Assembly (NCBI RefSeq): GCF_004010195.1
Contig: NC_057754.1
Coordinates: 10,241,182 to 10,305,181 of the forward strand
Length of the DNA stretch: 64,000 nucleotides
Reading direction: 5' to 3'
Origin: Chiloscyllium plagiosum
Taxonomy: Eukaryota
Notes under the pieces: generated by a model
Told to the model about the DNA's origin: nothing
The model's database searches: none
Seen by the model: the letters and a program-made list of their open reading frames with translations, nothing else
Made by a program: the position numbers and the translations under genes
In this document: positions 13,420 to 25,479 of the stretch, in pieces
Layout: each line of letters opens with the position of its first letter
Position numbering within the stretch: the first letter of the stretch is position 1

Positions 13420-14022
13420 TTCACCAAAATGGGGAGTTTTCCTGAACAAAGAGACCTTGGGGTGCAGTTCAAAGCTCCTTGAAACTGGAGTCACAGGTAG
13501 ATAGGATAGTGAAGAAGGCACTTGGTATGATTGCCTTTATTGGTCAGTGCATCAAGTACAGGAGTTGGGAGGTCATATTGCGCATGTACAAAACTTTGGT
13601 TAGGCCACATTTGGAATAACGGGTGCAATTCTGGTCTCCCTCTATCGGAAGGATGTTGTGAAACTTGAAAAGGGTTCAGAATATATTTACAAGGATGTTG
13701 CCAAGATTGGAGGGTTTGAGCTATAGGGAGGGGCTGAATACGCTGGGGCAGTTTTCCCTGGAGCATCGGAGGCTGAGGGGTGACCTTATGGAGGTTTATA
13801 AATTCACGAGGGGCATGGACAGGATAAATAGACAAGATCTTTTGCCGAAGGTAGGGGAGTCCAAAACTAGAGGGCATAGGTTTAAGGTGAGAGGGGAAAT
13901 ATAAAAAATGGACCTAAGGGTCAAATTTTTCATGTAGACATTGGGGCATCAATGGAATGACCTGCCAGAGAAAGTGGAGGAGGCTGCTACAATTACATAA
14001 TTTAAAAAGGCATCTGGATGGG
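13420..14022 (+). mobile_element. CR1 RT C-terminal fragment
   Basis: ORF 13665-13904 RVQNIFTRMLP..RGDLMEVYK. Confidence 0.88.
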
Positions 14023-14205
14023 TGAGGAGGAGGAGTGGAGCAAGGCAGGGGAAGGAGTTGGGTGGCGAGGGGGAGGGTGAGGTGCAGTGTGGGGGAGGGT
14101 GACATCAGGGGGAGGGATGGTGTGGGGCAGTGTGGAGAGGGGCAGCGTGGGTGGGGTGTGGAGCAAGTGGGGGCGTCAATCTGGGGAGGATAGCGAGGGG
14201 GCACC
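14023..14205 (+). repeat. G-rich low-complexity tract
   Basis: Many GGG/GGGG runs between two convergent CR1 fragments. Confidence 0.7.
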
Positions 14206-14206
14206 A

Positions 14207-14760
14207 TAATACCAGACTAAACTCGTCCCACCTGCCTCAGCTTGACACATATCCCTCCAAACATTTCTTATTCATGTATTTATCTGAATATCTTTAAATG
14301 TTGTACTTGCATCCACTACTTCCTCTGGAAGTTCATTCCACACATAAACCACTGTGTAAAAACAAGGCCTTGTTGTTTATGTCATGTCTTTTTAAAAATC
14401 TTTTTCCTCTCACCTTGAAAATATGTCCCCAATCCTGTAATTCCCCACATGCCATTCAATGTATTTATACCCCTCATGATTTTGTAAACCTCTATAACCT
14501 CTCAACCTTATAAATGCCAGTGAAAAAGTCCCAGCCTATGCAGCCTCTCCTCATAACTCAAACACCCCATTCCCAGCAATATTCTAGTAAATCTCTTCCA
14601 AACTCTTTCCAGCTGAATAATATCCTTCCTGTAACAGGGTGACCACAACTGGGCACAACCTCCAGGAGAGGCCTTCACCAACATCTAGTGCAACCTCAAC
14701 ATAACATCCCAGCTCCTATACTCAAAAGGTCTCAGCAACAAAGGCAAGCATGCCAAACTC
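14207..14760 (-). mobile_element. CR1 3' fragment
   Basis: cccctcatgattttgtaaacctctat; tcccagctcctatactc. Confidence 0.8.
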
Positions 14761-15030
14761 TTGAAGGGATAAGGGATATATTACAAAAAGGAAATAAAAA
14801 CGACTGACCGGAATATTGCAGTAGTTTCCATGATGCATTGCTTTACAGGTACATAAGATTGTACATCATGCCATAGCATCAAGGGCCGAACTCCTTTTCT
14901 CAGAAAGCCATAGTTCAAAACAGTTTGATAAAACTCCAACCCTTCCTTCGGTTTGATCATATTCTCTTCCAGATTTGCTGGCATCAGTTCCTACGTACTG
15001 ACCTCATTAATTGCCAAACGTGTGCTATCT

Positions 15031-15985
15031 CATAGAGTCCTACTGAACGGAGACAGACACTTTGGCCTAAACTGGTTCATGCCGACCAAAATGTCCACCC
15101 ATGCTAACCCCATTTCCCTGCTCTTACCCATATCCTTTTAATTCTTTCCTATTCATTTATTTGTCCAAACGCCTTTTAAATGTTTGGAATGTAGCCACCT
15201 CAACCACTTCCATTGGCAGCTCATTCCAAATGCATACCAGCCTCTGTTAACAATGTGTCCCTCAGGTTCCCTTTTATTTTTTCCCCTCTAACCTTAAACT
15301 GATGCACTCTAGTCCTCAATTCCCCAACCCTGGGAAAAAGACTGAGCGCAATCACTCTATCCTTGCCTCTCATGATCTTATACACGTCTACAAGGTCCCC
15401 CCTTAGTCTCTTATACTCTAAAAAGAAAAGTCCTGTCTTCTCTAACCTCTCCCTATAACTCAGACCATTGAGTCCAGGCAACATCCTTGTAAATTTCTTC
15501 AGCACACTTTGCAGTTTAATAACATCCTTCCTATAACAAGGTGACCAAATCTGAACACAATACTCCAAGTGCAGCCTCACCAACATCCATCCTGTATAAC
15601 TACAGCATAACTTCACAATTTCTGTACTACGTGCCCTGACTGATGAAGGCCAGTGTGCCAAAAACCTCCTCCACTGCCCCGTCTACCTGTGACTCCACTT
15701 TCAGAGAACTTCAAGCCGAAATTCCAAGATCCCTCTGCTCCACTAGACTCCTTAAGGCCCTACCACAAAACTTCTACCTTGATTTGATTTTCCAAAATGC
15801 AAGACCTCACACTTAAACTCCACTTGCCATTTCTCAGTCCACTTCTCCAGCTGATCAAGTTCCTGCTGCAATTTCTGAAAACCCTCCTCACTGTCTGCAA
15901 TAGCACCTGTTTTAGTGTCATCAGCAAATGTACTAATCATGCCCTGTACAGTCTCATCCAAATCATTGATATAGATTACAAACAC
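15031..15985 (-). mobile_element. CR1 RT to 3' end
   Basis: ORFs 15752-15985 (YINDLD, FADDTK) and 15221-15661. Confidence 0.9.
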
Positions 15986-16059
15986 ACTGCCACATTCCAG
16001 AGTCTACAGAGTTCTTTGATCAAGAACCGACTTGCAATTTACTTCCAGGCCTGGCCTCT

Positions 16060-16183
16060 TTGAAGGGCTTTTGCCCGAAACGTTGATTTTGCCTGTCCTC
16101 GGATGCTGCCTGAATTGCTGTGCTCTTCCAGCACCACTAATCCAGAATCTGGTTTCCAGCATCTGCAGTCATTGTTTTTACCT
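16060..16183 (+). mobile_element. Penelope-like terminal fragment, near-identical to the 9630-9773 copy
   Basis: tgaagggcttttgcccgaaacg..ccagcatctgcagtcattgtttttacct; a more decayed relative lies at ~16305-16437. Confidence 0.8.
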
Positions 16184-16782
16184 CAAAAACAAACCTGTCT
16201 ATTCTTTTCAACACAAGCTACTGCTCACAGCCCAAAAGTCACCATTCAACTCTCAGATTCAAAAGAAAAAATATTTTTAAAACCAGCAAGGGTTCTAAGA
16301 CAAGAGAAGAAGGCTTAAACCTTCATTAGCTGAAACATCAACTCTCTTGCTCTTCAGGTGCTGCCTGACCTGTTGTGCCTTTTCCCAGCGCCACACTTTA
16401 TCGACTCTCCAGCATCTGCAGTCTTCACTATCTCCTAGTTCCTTCTAACATAGTGCACTGACTGCCGAAAGAGCTTTAACTTTGACTGTTGAAAGAAACT
16501 ATATGATTACAATTTATCTGATGATCCAGCAAGGAGAGACAAAATATCCCTACATTATAGAGACCCTATGGAAATATCAAGACAATGACAGGGATACAGT
16601 TACCCAGCTCAGCTGACCACCTAATGGTGCAGTCACACTGGGGGCAGACTATGCTCCATGTACAGGAAGGATTCAGTCAAGACATCCAGCTGCTGAGACA
16701 CCTGTAAGTTTGCAGAGGGTTACAGGAGTTCGATTCCAGTGGGAATGCTGTTTTTGTATCACATACAGCTTCATCTCCTGTT

Positions 16783-17052
16783 GGGGTGGCATGGTGGCTC
16801 AGTGGTAAGCACTACAGCCTGACAGCACCAGGGACCCGGGTTGGATTCCAGCCTCGGACGAATGTCTGTGTGGAGTTTGCACATTCTCCCCGTGTCTGTG
16901 TGGGTTTCCTCCGGGTGCTCTGGTTTCCTCCCACAGGTTAGGGTGAATCGGCCATGCTAAATTGCCCATAGTGTTAGGTGCATTAGTCAGAGGGAAATGG
17001 GTCTGGGTGGGTTACTCTTCGGAGGGTCGGTGTGGACTTGTTGGGCCGAATA
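16783..17052 (+). mobile_element. HE1-type SINE
   Basis: A and B boxes, tgtggagtttgcacattctccccgtg core, ttgttgggccgaa tail. Confidence 0.92.
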
Positions 17053-17179
17053 GTTAAACCTCTCACCAGGTGTAATCAAACAAAACTGCAGAGCCACATA
17101 GATGGAGACAATGGGGGACGTCTGGGGGAAGGGGAAGATGGAGATTGGGAAACGTTGGGGTTGGGAACAAAGCTCCGCC

Positions 17180-17760
17180 CATTAGAGCTCTCCGCTAACG
17201 GCGCGTGCGCATTCCCCTTTCCCCGTCCTCGAGCTAAACAAAGAACGTTGGCCGGGGCCTGTTTTGAGAAGAATCCTGAGGTTGTCTGCAACACCTGGAA
17301 CAGTGACGGTTGGGAATTGTGACGTAAACCGATGAACTCTTCTTGCTGGAATACTGCGGCGAGCGCTGACCTCCGCATTAACCTTTACATACCGTCTCTG
17401 AATATGATAGACCAACATTGGTTTCCAGCCACCTCTCGTTGCACGCATGCTCGAATCCAGAATTAGCTACGCACATGCTGCAGCCTCAGCCGGCTGGATT
17501 GACGGGACCAATAGGAATCAGGGGGCGGGATTAGAGGGCGGAGTGGGCGTGCCCGGTCATCCAACCAGAGTGAACGAGGGGACCTAATGGGAGCCCTAAC
17601 CAATCATAGAAAAGGAGGCGGGTTGGACCTTCAGCCTATCGCAGAGAATGAAGGGCGTGGTTAGAGCTTCAACCAATCAGCGAATGAGGAGGCGGGTCTG
17701 CATTTTGTCTCGTTCTGGTTCTGGTGCTGGAGCCAGAACTTGGCTTTCCAGACTCAGGGG
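17180..17760. promoter_or_regulatory. CpG-rich promoter-like island
   Basis: CCAAT at ~17508, ~17601 and ~17673; GC boxes ggggcggga and gggcggag; NRF1-like gcacgcatgc; minus-strand donor GTATGT at 17392. Confidence 0.65.
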
Positions 17761-17784
17761 AGAACACGGAAGGAAAGACAGTCG

Positions 17785-18388
17785 GTGCAGGAGTATACCA
17801 TTCGGCTTTATAATCCTGCACCACCGTTCAGTACGATCATGACTGATCATGCAATCTTATTATCCCATTCCCACCTTCTCCCCATAGCCCTTGATCCCTT
17901 TAGCTGCAGATGCCACATCCAGCTCCCTCTTGAAGATACCGAATGAACTAGGCCCAACAGCTTCCCAACAGTGGGAGAGAATTCCTCAGGTTCACAACCC
18001 TCTGAGTGAAGACTTTCTTCATCTCAGTCCTGAATGGCTTACCCCTTATTCTGAGACTGTGAGCACTAGTTCTGGACTTCCCCAAATCAGGAACATTTTT
18101 CCCACATCAAGCCTGTCCAGTCCCATCACCTCCCCCCCCCCAAATTCTTCGAAATTCCAGAGAATACAGGCATTCCGCATATGTCAGACCTGCTATTCTG
18201 GGAATAAATCTGGTGAACCTTTGCTGGACTCCTTCAATAGCAAGAATGTCCTTTCTCAGACTAAAAGACCAAAGCTGCACTTAATACTCATGCTGTGACG
18301 TAGTCAAGGCCTGTATAACTGCAGCAAGACATCCTTACTCCAATACTCAAATCCTGTCACAATGATGGCCAGCATGCCATTAGCTTTG
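17785..18388 (-). mobile_element. CR1 3' fragment
   Basis: ttcacaaccctctgagtgaag; ctgtataactgcagcaagac. Confidence 0.78.
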
Positions 18389-18389
18389 G

Positions 18390-19860
18390 AGTCATGTATA
18401 GACCTTCAACCAGTAGTCGAGCTGGGACGCGAGGTACATCAGGAGATAGAAAAGATGTGTAGGAAAGGAGAAGTTACAGTGATCATGGAAGATTTCAATA
18501 TGTAGGTGGACTGGGAAAATCAGGTTGGCAGTGGGTCACAAGAAAAGGAACGTGTGGAATGTCTACAAGATGGCTTTTTGGAGCAGCTTGTGATGGAGCC
18601 CCTAGGGAAAGGCAGTACTGGATATAGTGTTGTGCAATGAGGTAGACTTGAGAAGGGAGATTAAGTTGAAGGAACCCTTAGGAATCAGTGATCATAACAT
18701 GATTGAATTTACTCTGCAATTTGAGAGAGAGAAGATAGAAATCAGAGGTAATGCTTTTTCAGCTGAATAAAGGCAACTACAGACAAATGAGGGAGGAGCT
18801 GGATAGAATTGACTGGGAGAGGAGTCTAGCAGGAAGGACAGTGGAACATCAATGGCAAGAGTTTCTGTGAGTACTTCAGGAGACACAACAGAGATTCATC
18901 CCGAAGAAAAAGAAGCATGGTACAAGAAGGATGAAGCAACCATGGCTGACTAAGGAAATCAGGGATAGCATGAAGCCAAAAGAGAAACCACAGAAAGTGG
19001 GAAACCAGAGGAATGGGAAGGTTACAAAGACCAACAGAGGGTTACAAAAAAGAAATAAGGAGGGAGAAGATTAAATATGAGGGCAAGCTAGCCAGTAATA
19101 TAAAGGAAGACTGAGTTTCTTTATAAAGGGCAAAAGAGAAGCAACAGTGGACATTCGGCTGCTGGAAAATTACACAGGAGAGAAAGTAGTGGGAAACAAA
19201 GAAATGGCTGAGGAACTGAATAATTACTTTGTGTCAATCTTAACTTTGGAAGACACAAGTAATTTCCCAAAAATTCAAGAGAGCGAGGGGGCAGTATGGT
19301 GGCCATCACCAAGGAGAAGGTGCTACAAATATTTAATGGTCTGAAGGTGGATAAATCATTGGACCAGATGGATTACACCCTAAACTTCTAAGGATGAAGA
19401 GATAGTGGAGGAGTTAGTGGTAATTTTATAGAAATCACTAGAATCAGAGAGGGTCCCAGAGGACTGGAAAACTGCTAACATAACTCCACTGTTTAAAAAG
19501 GGAGTAAGGCAGAAGACAGAAACTTACAGACCAATTAGCCTAACATCAGTCATGGGTAAGATCCTGGAATCCATCATAAAGCATGAGATTTCTGAATACT
19601 TGGAAGTGTATGGTAAAATAGGGCAGAATCAGCAGGGTTTCATCAAGGGTAGGTCATGCCTGACAAATCTGCTAGATTTCTTTGAGGAAGTAACGAGCAG
19701 ATTAGACTAAGGAGAATCAATGGATGTTAACAACATGGATGTCAAGAAGGCCTTTGACAAGGTGCCACACAGGAGGCTACTGAGTAAGATAAGGGCCCAA
19801 TGTGTTAAAGGCAAGGTGCTACCCTGAATATAGGTTGTCTGGCAGAGAGTGGGGATAAAA
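18390..19860 (+). mobile_element. CR1 ORF2 EN-RT fragment, left flank of the Gypsy
   Basis: GISDHNMIEF, ELNNYFVS, GRSCLTNLL, KAFDKVPHRRL motifs. Confidence 0.88.
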
Positions 19861-19867
19861 GTGACAA

Positions 19868-20596
19868 GGTTCAGAAGTTGAAAGCATATACTGCACCATC
19901 AAGAGAGGGCAAATGCTGTATGCACTGAGAGCTTGCAGGCACCTGTCATGTGACTGACTAGAAGTCTTAGAGTGTACAGGAAAGTTGAAAATATGTAACA
20001 CATGGCTGTAAACTAGATACCTCAGTTGGTTTGATCATAATTCGAATCTAACCAATCAGCCCCAGGATACTAAAACCCAATCATGTTTGAATTTATTGTT
20101 TTTGGCAACCTCAGACCAATGAGACGATCCGATGTATGGGGTACTAAAAAAAGCAGACATTTTGGAAAGTTAAATAGAGACCAACTGCCATCGACAGAGT
20201 AACTGTCAGCAAAACACTCTTTACCAACTTTTTCATATGAAATATTTTGCCGCAAAAGACCAAATACAACCCAGGGAAATCTTCAGCCAAAGGGAGACAG
20301 ACACGTTTGGTTTTGAAATTATGTTGATGTAATTTTAATAACTTATTTTTATTGGAAATTTATTGAGTGTTGTTATAGAGTTGGAGGCAAATAACATGCA
20401 TTTAAGAGAAAGGAGGCTTAGAGTTGAAAACAGTTGTTTAAAGTTCACTTTTAGAGTTAAAGAATAAACTGATTTTTTTTCTTTAAATAGTGGAATTTGG
20501 GAGTTCTCTGTCACTCATACTTTAACAGATTATGATGTAAGGTGAGTTTTCCTGAATGGTTTAATTAGCAGAAGGGTTCACCGCCATGTCATAACA
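19868..20596 (+). repeat. 5' LTR of the Gypsy
   Basis: Homologous to 27157-28214; ends ataaCA, then tttgggagctc (degenerate tRNA-Pro-type PBS); 5' start approximate. Confidence 0.85.
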
Positions 20597-20800
20597 GTTT
20601 GGGAGCTCCAGTTCATGGTTTGGACAGGTTTAGACAGATCCAGTCTGAGATTTGGACAGATTTGAATGGATTAGGGGTACAAAGATCCCAGCAGATTTAA
20701 ACACTTGCAAATTACTCTCCGAGACCTTTAAATAAAACATAGGTGAGAAAATTTCTTGAATCTCGGTTACTTATGGTTGGTTAAATTAAGAGTGAGAAAA

Positions 20801-22000
20801 ATGGCTCTTAAGATTGCTAAACAGGTTCTGGAGTTTGAAGATGATTCTCAAATTTGCCAAGGAAGTTTAGAAAGACAGAAAATGGCCATACTTTTAGAGT
20901 TAGCAAATAGGTTAGAATGGGGTCTAAATTGTAAGGGAGTAAGCCAAGTACTTAGGTGTGTCAGAGAAACAGACAATTGCAGTAGAGTTAGAAACATTTA
21001 AATTACAATTGAGGAAAATGGAGTTAGAAGAAAAACAAAGGGAGCGAGAAAGAGAGAGAGGGGGAAAAGAAAGAGACAGGAAAAAGAGAGAAGGTTCTTA
21101 GCTGAGCAAAGAGAGATAGAGAAGAAAGAGAAAAGGAGAGAGAATTTTAACTTCAGCTGTTGCCACTTAGGAAAGTCAAGTTAACAGGATGGAGAAAAAC
21201 AAAGGGGGTAGTAATATATACAAATATGTTAAAACAGTGCCACATTTTGATGAAAAAGATGTCGAAGACTTTTTTATTTCATTTGAAAACTTGGCTAGGC
21301 AGATGGAGTGATCAGAGAACTTGTGGGTAATGCTAGTTGAGACTAAGCTGGTAGGCAGAGCTTGTGAGGTGTTTGCAGCGCTGTCACATGAGGGGTCAAG
21401 AGGTTGTGCAGAGGTCAAAGAGGCTCTTTTGAGTGCTTAGGAATTGGTACCAGAAGTATACAGACAGCAGTTCAGAAACATAAAGAAGGAACCAGGTCAG
21501 ACTTATGTTGAGTTCAAAAGAATTAAACATAGTTACTTTGATAGATGGTGTGGATCTTAAAAATAGATAAGGCCTCTGAGGCTCTAAGAGCTTATTCTGT
21601 CAGAGGAGTTTAAAAACTCACTTCCAGAGATGATAAGAATTCATGTGGATGAACAGAAAGTTCAAGAAATGAGAAAAGCGGCAGAACAATATGCATTGGT
21701 GCATAAGGCAAAGTTTAGCTTCCAGCAAGAATTTCATCCTATGAGAGATAGCATTTGAGAGAAGGGGCCTAAACTACAAAACAAAGAGTAGAGCTCACTG
21801 GTAATAGTTTACCACAGGTTAAAAAAGAAGCCCAAGAGGGTGGAAAGGAGGTGAAAGGCCTCAGGTCACTGTAATGGAGTGGGACATAGAACATTACAGT
21901 GCTGTTGGTTTCAGAAGAGCACTGGGAAAAGGTGTTTTGACTGCCAGAAAGTAGGACATGTAAGGTCAGAGTGCTGGTCGTTAAAGAAAGGCACCGTGGG
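20801..22000 (+). pseudogene. gag: Gypsy gag: coiled coil, SCAN-like capsid CTD, two zinc knuckles
   Basis: ELVPEVYRQQFRN..FDRW..LILSEEFKNSLPE; HCNGVGHRTLQC and CFDCQKVGHVRSEC; stops and frameshifts. Confidence 0.8.
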
Positions 22001-23375
22001 AAAATATGTGGTAAAAGAAGCTAAGTCAGTGGCATTAGTGAAAGTTGTAACGGAAACCCCAAGAAAGATCAAGGAGATGCAGGAGAGTGCACAGCCTAGG
22101 CAGGGGCCGGGTTTGCAGTTACTGCCTGATCTCTATAAAGACTTCATATCTGTGGGTAAAATTTATTCAGAAAGAACAGGGGGAGAAGGAAAGTAACTTG
22201 TAATTTTGAGATACAGGATCTGACCAGTCTCTAACAGTAAGAGATGAACATATTTCCATTCTTCCTCACCTGTTACCAGAGAAAGTGGTAATTTGTGGGA
22301 TAGATGGACAGAAATTTAGTATTCCCCTACATGAGATCAGGTTGGAGAGCCAACTCAAGATTGGGGAAGTAACAGTGGAAGTGATTGACAGAGTGTCAGT
22401 TCCAAGAATACAGTTTGTTCTTGCGGACAATTTAGCAGGATCCAAGGTGAGGGTGACACCCCTTGTTGTGGAGGAGCCAAAGGAAGAGCAGGGAACTGAG
22501 GAATTAAAAGAAAAATATCCTGGAATTTTCCCCGACCGTGTAATAACAAGATCTAACTCTCATAACTCACAGCATGAAGCAAAAACTAAAGAGAAAGATG
22601 AAGGAGTTGAGGTTCAGTTAGTGGACATCGTTTGATGTAATGGTGCAGAAAAAACCTGAACAGACAGAGGGTCAGGCAGAAGTGTTTAGTCCTGAAAGGC
22701 TAATGGACTTACAGCAGAAAGATGAGACAGCAAAAGATATTTATGTTGATACACACTCAGAAAAGGAGTCAGAGAATATTCCTGAGGGTTATTATCTTAA
22801 AGATAGAATCCGAAGATGAAAGTGGAGACCATGGCAGGTTAATGCAGAGGAGAACTGGGCAGAACTGCACCAGATTGTGTTGCCGGTAGCATGCAGACGG
22901 GAAGTGTTATGGGTAGCACATGAACTACCTGTAGGAGGTCACCTAAATGGAAGGAAGACTCAGGCTAAGGTACAAAAGCATTTCTATTGGCCTGGAATGC
23001 ACAAAGGTGTGGTTAACTTCTGCCTTACCTGTCATATTTGCCAAATGGTAGGTAAGCCACATGGGGGAATAAAACCAGCACCTTTGTTGCCAATTCCCGC
23101 ATTTGAAGAACCTTTCACGTGCGTTATGATTGATTGTGTAGGTCCGCTCCTGAAAATTAGAAGTGGGAACCAGTACTTGCTAACCATAATGGATATGTCT
23201 ACCAGATTTCTAGAGACAATTCCATTATGGAGTATTAAGGCAAAAAAGGTGGTGGAGGAGTTAGTAGCTTTCTTCACGTAGTATGGGCTTCCGAGAGAGA
23301 TTCAATCAAACCAAGGGTCTAATTTTACTGCTAGACTATTTAAGGAAATCATGGATAGCTTAGGCATACAGCACG

Positions 23376-24606
23376 TGCTTGTGAGCATAAGAGGTATAGT
23401 TAGTAATTTTGCAGATGACACCAAAATTGGACAGCGAAGAAGGTTATCTCAGATTACAATGAGATCGTGATCAGATGGATCAATGGGCTGAGAAGTGTCA
23501 GATGGAGTTTAATTCAGATAAATGCGAGGTGCTGCATTTTGGGAAAGCAAATCTTACCAGGACTTATACACTTAATGGTAAGGTCCTCGGGAGTTTTGCT
23601 GAACAAAGAGATCTTGGAGTGCAGGTTCACAGCTCCTTGAAGGTGGAGTCACAGGTAGATAGGACTGTAAAGAAGGTTTTTTAGATTCTCTACAGCCAAC
23701 AAGTCCACACTGCCCCTACGAAGAGAAACCCACCCAAACCCATTCCCCTACCTTATATTTACCCCTGACTAGCACACCTAACACTGTGGGCAATTTAGCC
23801 TGGCCACTTCACCTGACCTGCACATTTTTGGATTGTGGGAGGAAACTGGAGTACCCGGAAGAAACCCACACAGACACAGGGAGAATGAGCAAACTCCACA
23901 CAGACAGGCGGGAATCGAACCCAGGACCCTGGTGCTGTGAGGCAGCAGTGCTAACCACTGAGCCACCATGCTGCCTATAAGGTGTTTGATATGCTTTCCT
24001 TTATTAGTCAGAGTATTGAGTACAGGAGTTGGGAGATCATGTTGCGGCTGTACAGGATGTTGGTTAGACCATTGTTGGAATATTGTGTGCAGTTCTAGTC
24101 TCCTTCCTATCAGAAAGATGTTGTGAAAATTGAAAGGGTTCAGAAAAGATTTACAAGGACGTTGCCAGGCTTGGAGGATTTGAGCTATGGGGAGAGGCTG
24201 AACAGGCTGGGGTTATTTTCCCTGGAGCGGCGGAGGTTGAGGGGTGACCTTATAGAGGTTTACAAAATCATGAGGGGCATGGATAGGATAAACAGACAAA
24301 GTCTTTTCCCTGGGGTGGGGGAGTCCAGAACTAGAGGGCATAAGTTTAGGGTGAGAGAGGAAAGATATAAAAGAGACCTAAAAGGGCAACGTTTTGACGC
24401 AGAGGGTGGTACGTGTATGGAATGAGCTGCCAGAGGAATTGGTGGAGGCTGGTACAATTGCAACATTTAAAAGGCATTTGGATGGGTATATGAATAGGGA
24501 GGGTTTGGAGGGAAAAGGGCCAGGTGCTGGCAGGTGGGACTCAATTGGTTTGGGATATCTGGTCAGCATGGATGGGTTGGACCGAAGGGTCTGACTCTAT
24601 GACTCT
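23376..24606 (+). mobile_element. CR1 3' half inserted in the Gypsy integrase
   Basis: FADDTK, KCEVLHFG, ORF 24123-24425; ctctatgactct tail. Confidence 0.92.
23680..23977 (-). mobile_element. HE1-type SINE within that CR1
   Basis: Reverse-complement head gcagcatggtggctcagtggttagcactg; aaggt(g/t)ttt on both flanks. Confidence 0.9.
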
Positions 24607-25479
24607 AAGTGTGTATCATTCTGAATCCTAGGGAGCTTTGGAAAGATGGCATCAGACCCTGAAGACCATGTTAAGAGCATACTGTCAGGATTACCCAAAT
24701 GATTGGGATAAAGGCATCCCATTTGTATTGTTTGCCAGTAGAGATGCCCCAACTGAATCTAGTTAGTTTACTCCCTTTGAGTTAATATTCGGACATGAGA
24801 TGAGTGGGCCTTTGAAACTAATTAAACAGAAATTGACAGGACCAAATCTCACACTTGGATTAAAAATTGGAGGTGAAGGAGAGATTAAATCGGGTAGGTG
24901 ATTTAGCTAAACAGCACCTGAAGGACAGAGCATAGAATGAAACATGTGGCAGATAAAAGCTCTGAGACTCGGACATTTTCCCATGGGGCTGATATATTAG
25001 TTTTGTTACCAGTAATAGGAGATCCCTTCAAAGCCAGGTTTAGTAATCCCTAACAAATTGAGAAAAAGATAAGTCAGTCTGATAAACCAACACTCCTACA
25101 GGCTTACTACTTTCAAAGTCCAGAAGGAAGATATCATCGAACCGAGTCAGAGCAAGTGGAGTTCACTGATCGTGTTAGTTCCTAATCCTGACAGTATGGT
25201 CTCAACAAGGTCTTCAGGGTCTGATGCCATCCTTCCAAAGCTCCCTGGGATTCAGAATGATACACACTTGATTTACTCACTTGGTAAAGATGCCGGACAG
25301 GAAAAAACTGTATTGGTATGCTATGTGAATATGCTGAAACCTTATTATAATAGGGAGAAGGAACTGCAGAAACAAGTGTTAGTTATTGCCCCGCAGAGGA
25401 ATCAAATCCAGATCTTGTGGAATTTGATGTGCCTCAAAATACGTTAAACAATGAGCAAGTCCTTGAGGAGTGGGATAGA

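Larger units (their letters stand above)
22700..25060 (+). pseudogene. pol: Gypsy integrase, interrupted by a CR1
   Basis: AHELPVGGHL..FYWPGM..CLTCHIC; IDCVGPL; QSNQGSNF; ALERWHQTLK; preceded by a frameshifted LRDTG-like protease motif at ~22205. Confidence 0.88.

Noticed and set aside
14023-14205. G-quadruplex or switch-like regulatory element
   Set aside because: Irregular low-complexity filler between LINE fragments; nothing supports a function.
17032-17448. Short ORFs in the CpG island
   Set aside because: No recognisable domain; expected by chance in GC-rich sequence.
21410-21700. Functional SCAN exon for the ZNF gene
   Set aside because: Contains stops, lies on the opposite strand and downstream of the ZNF gene.
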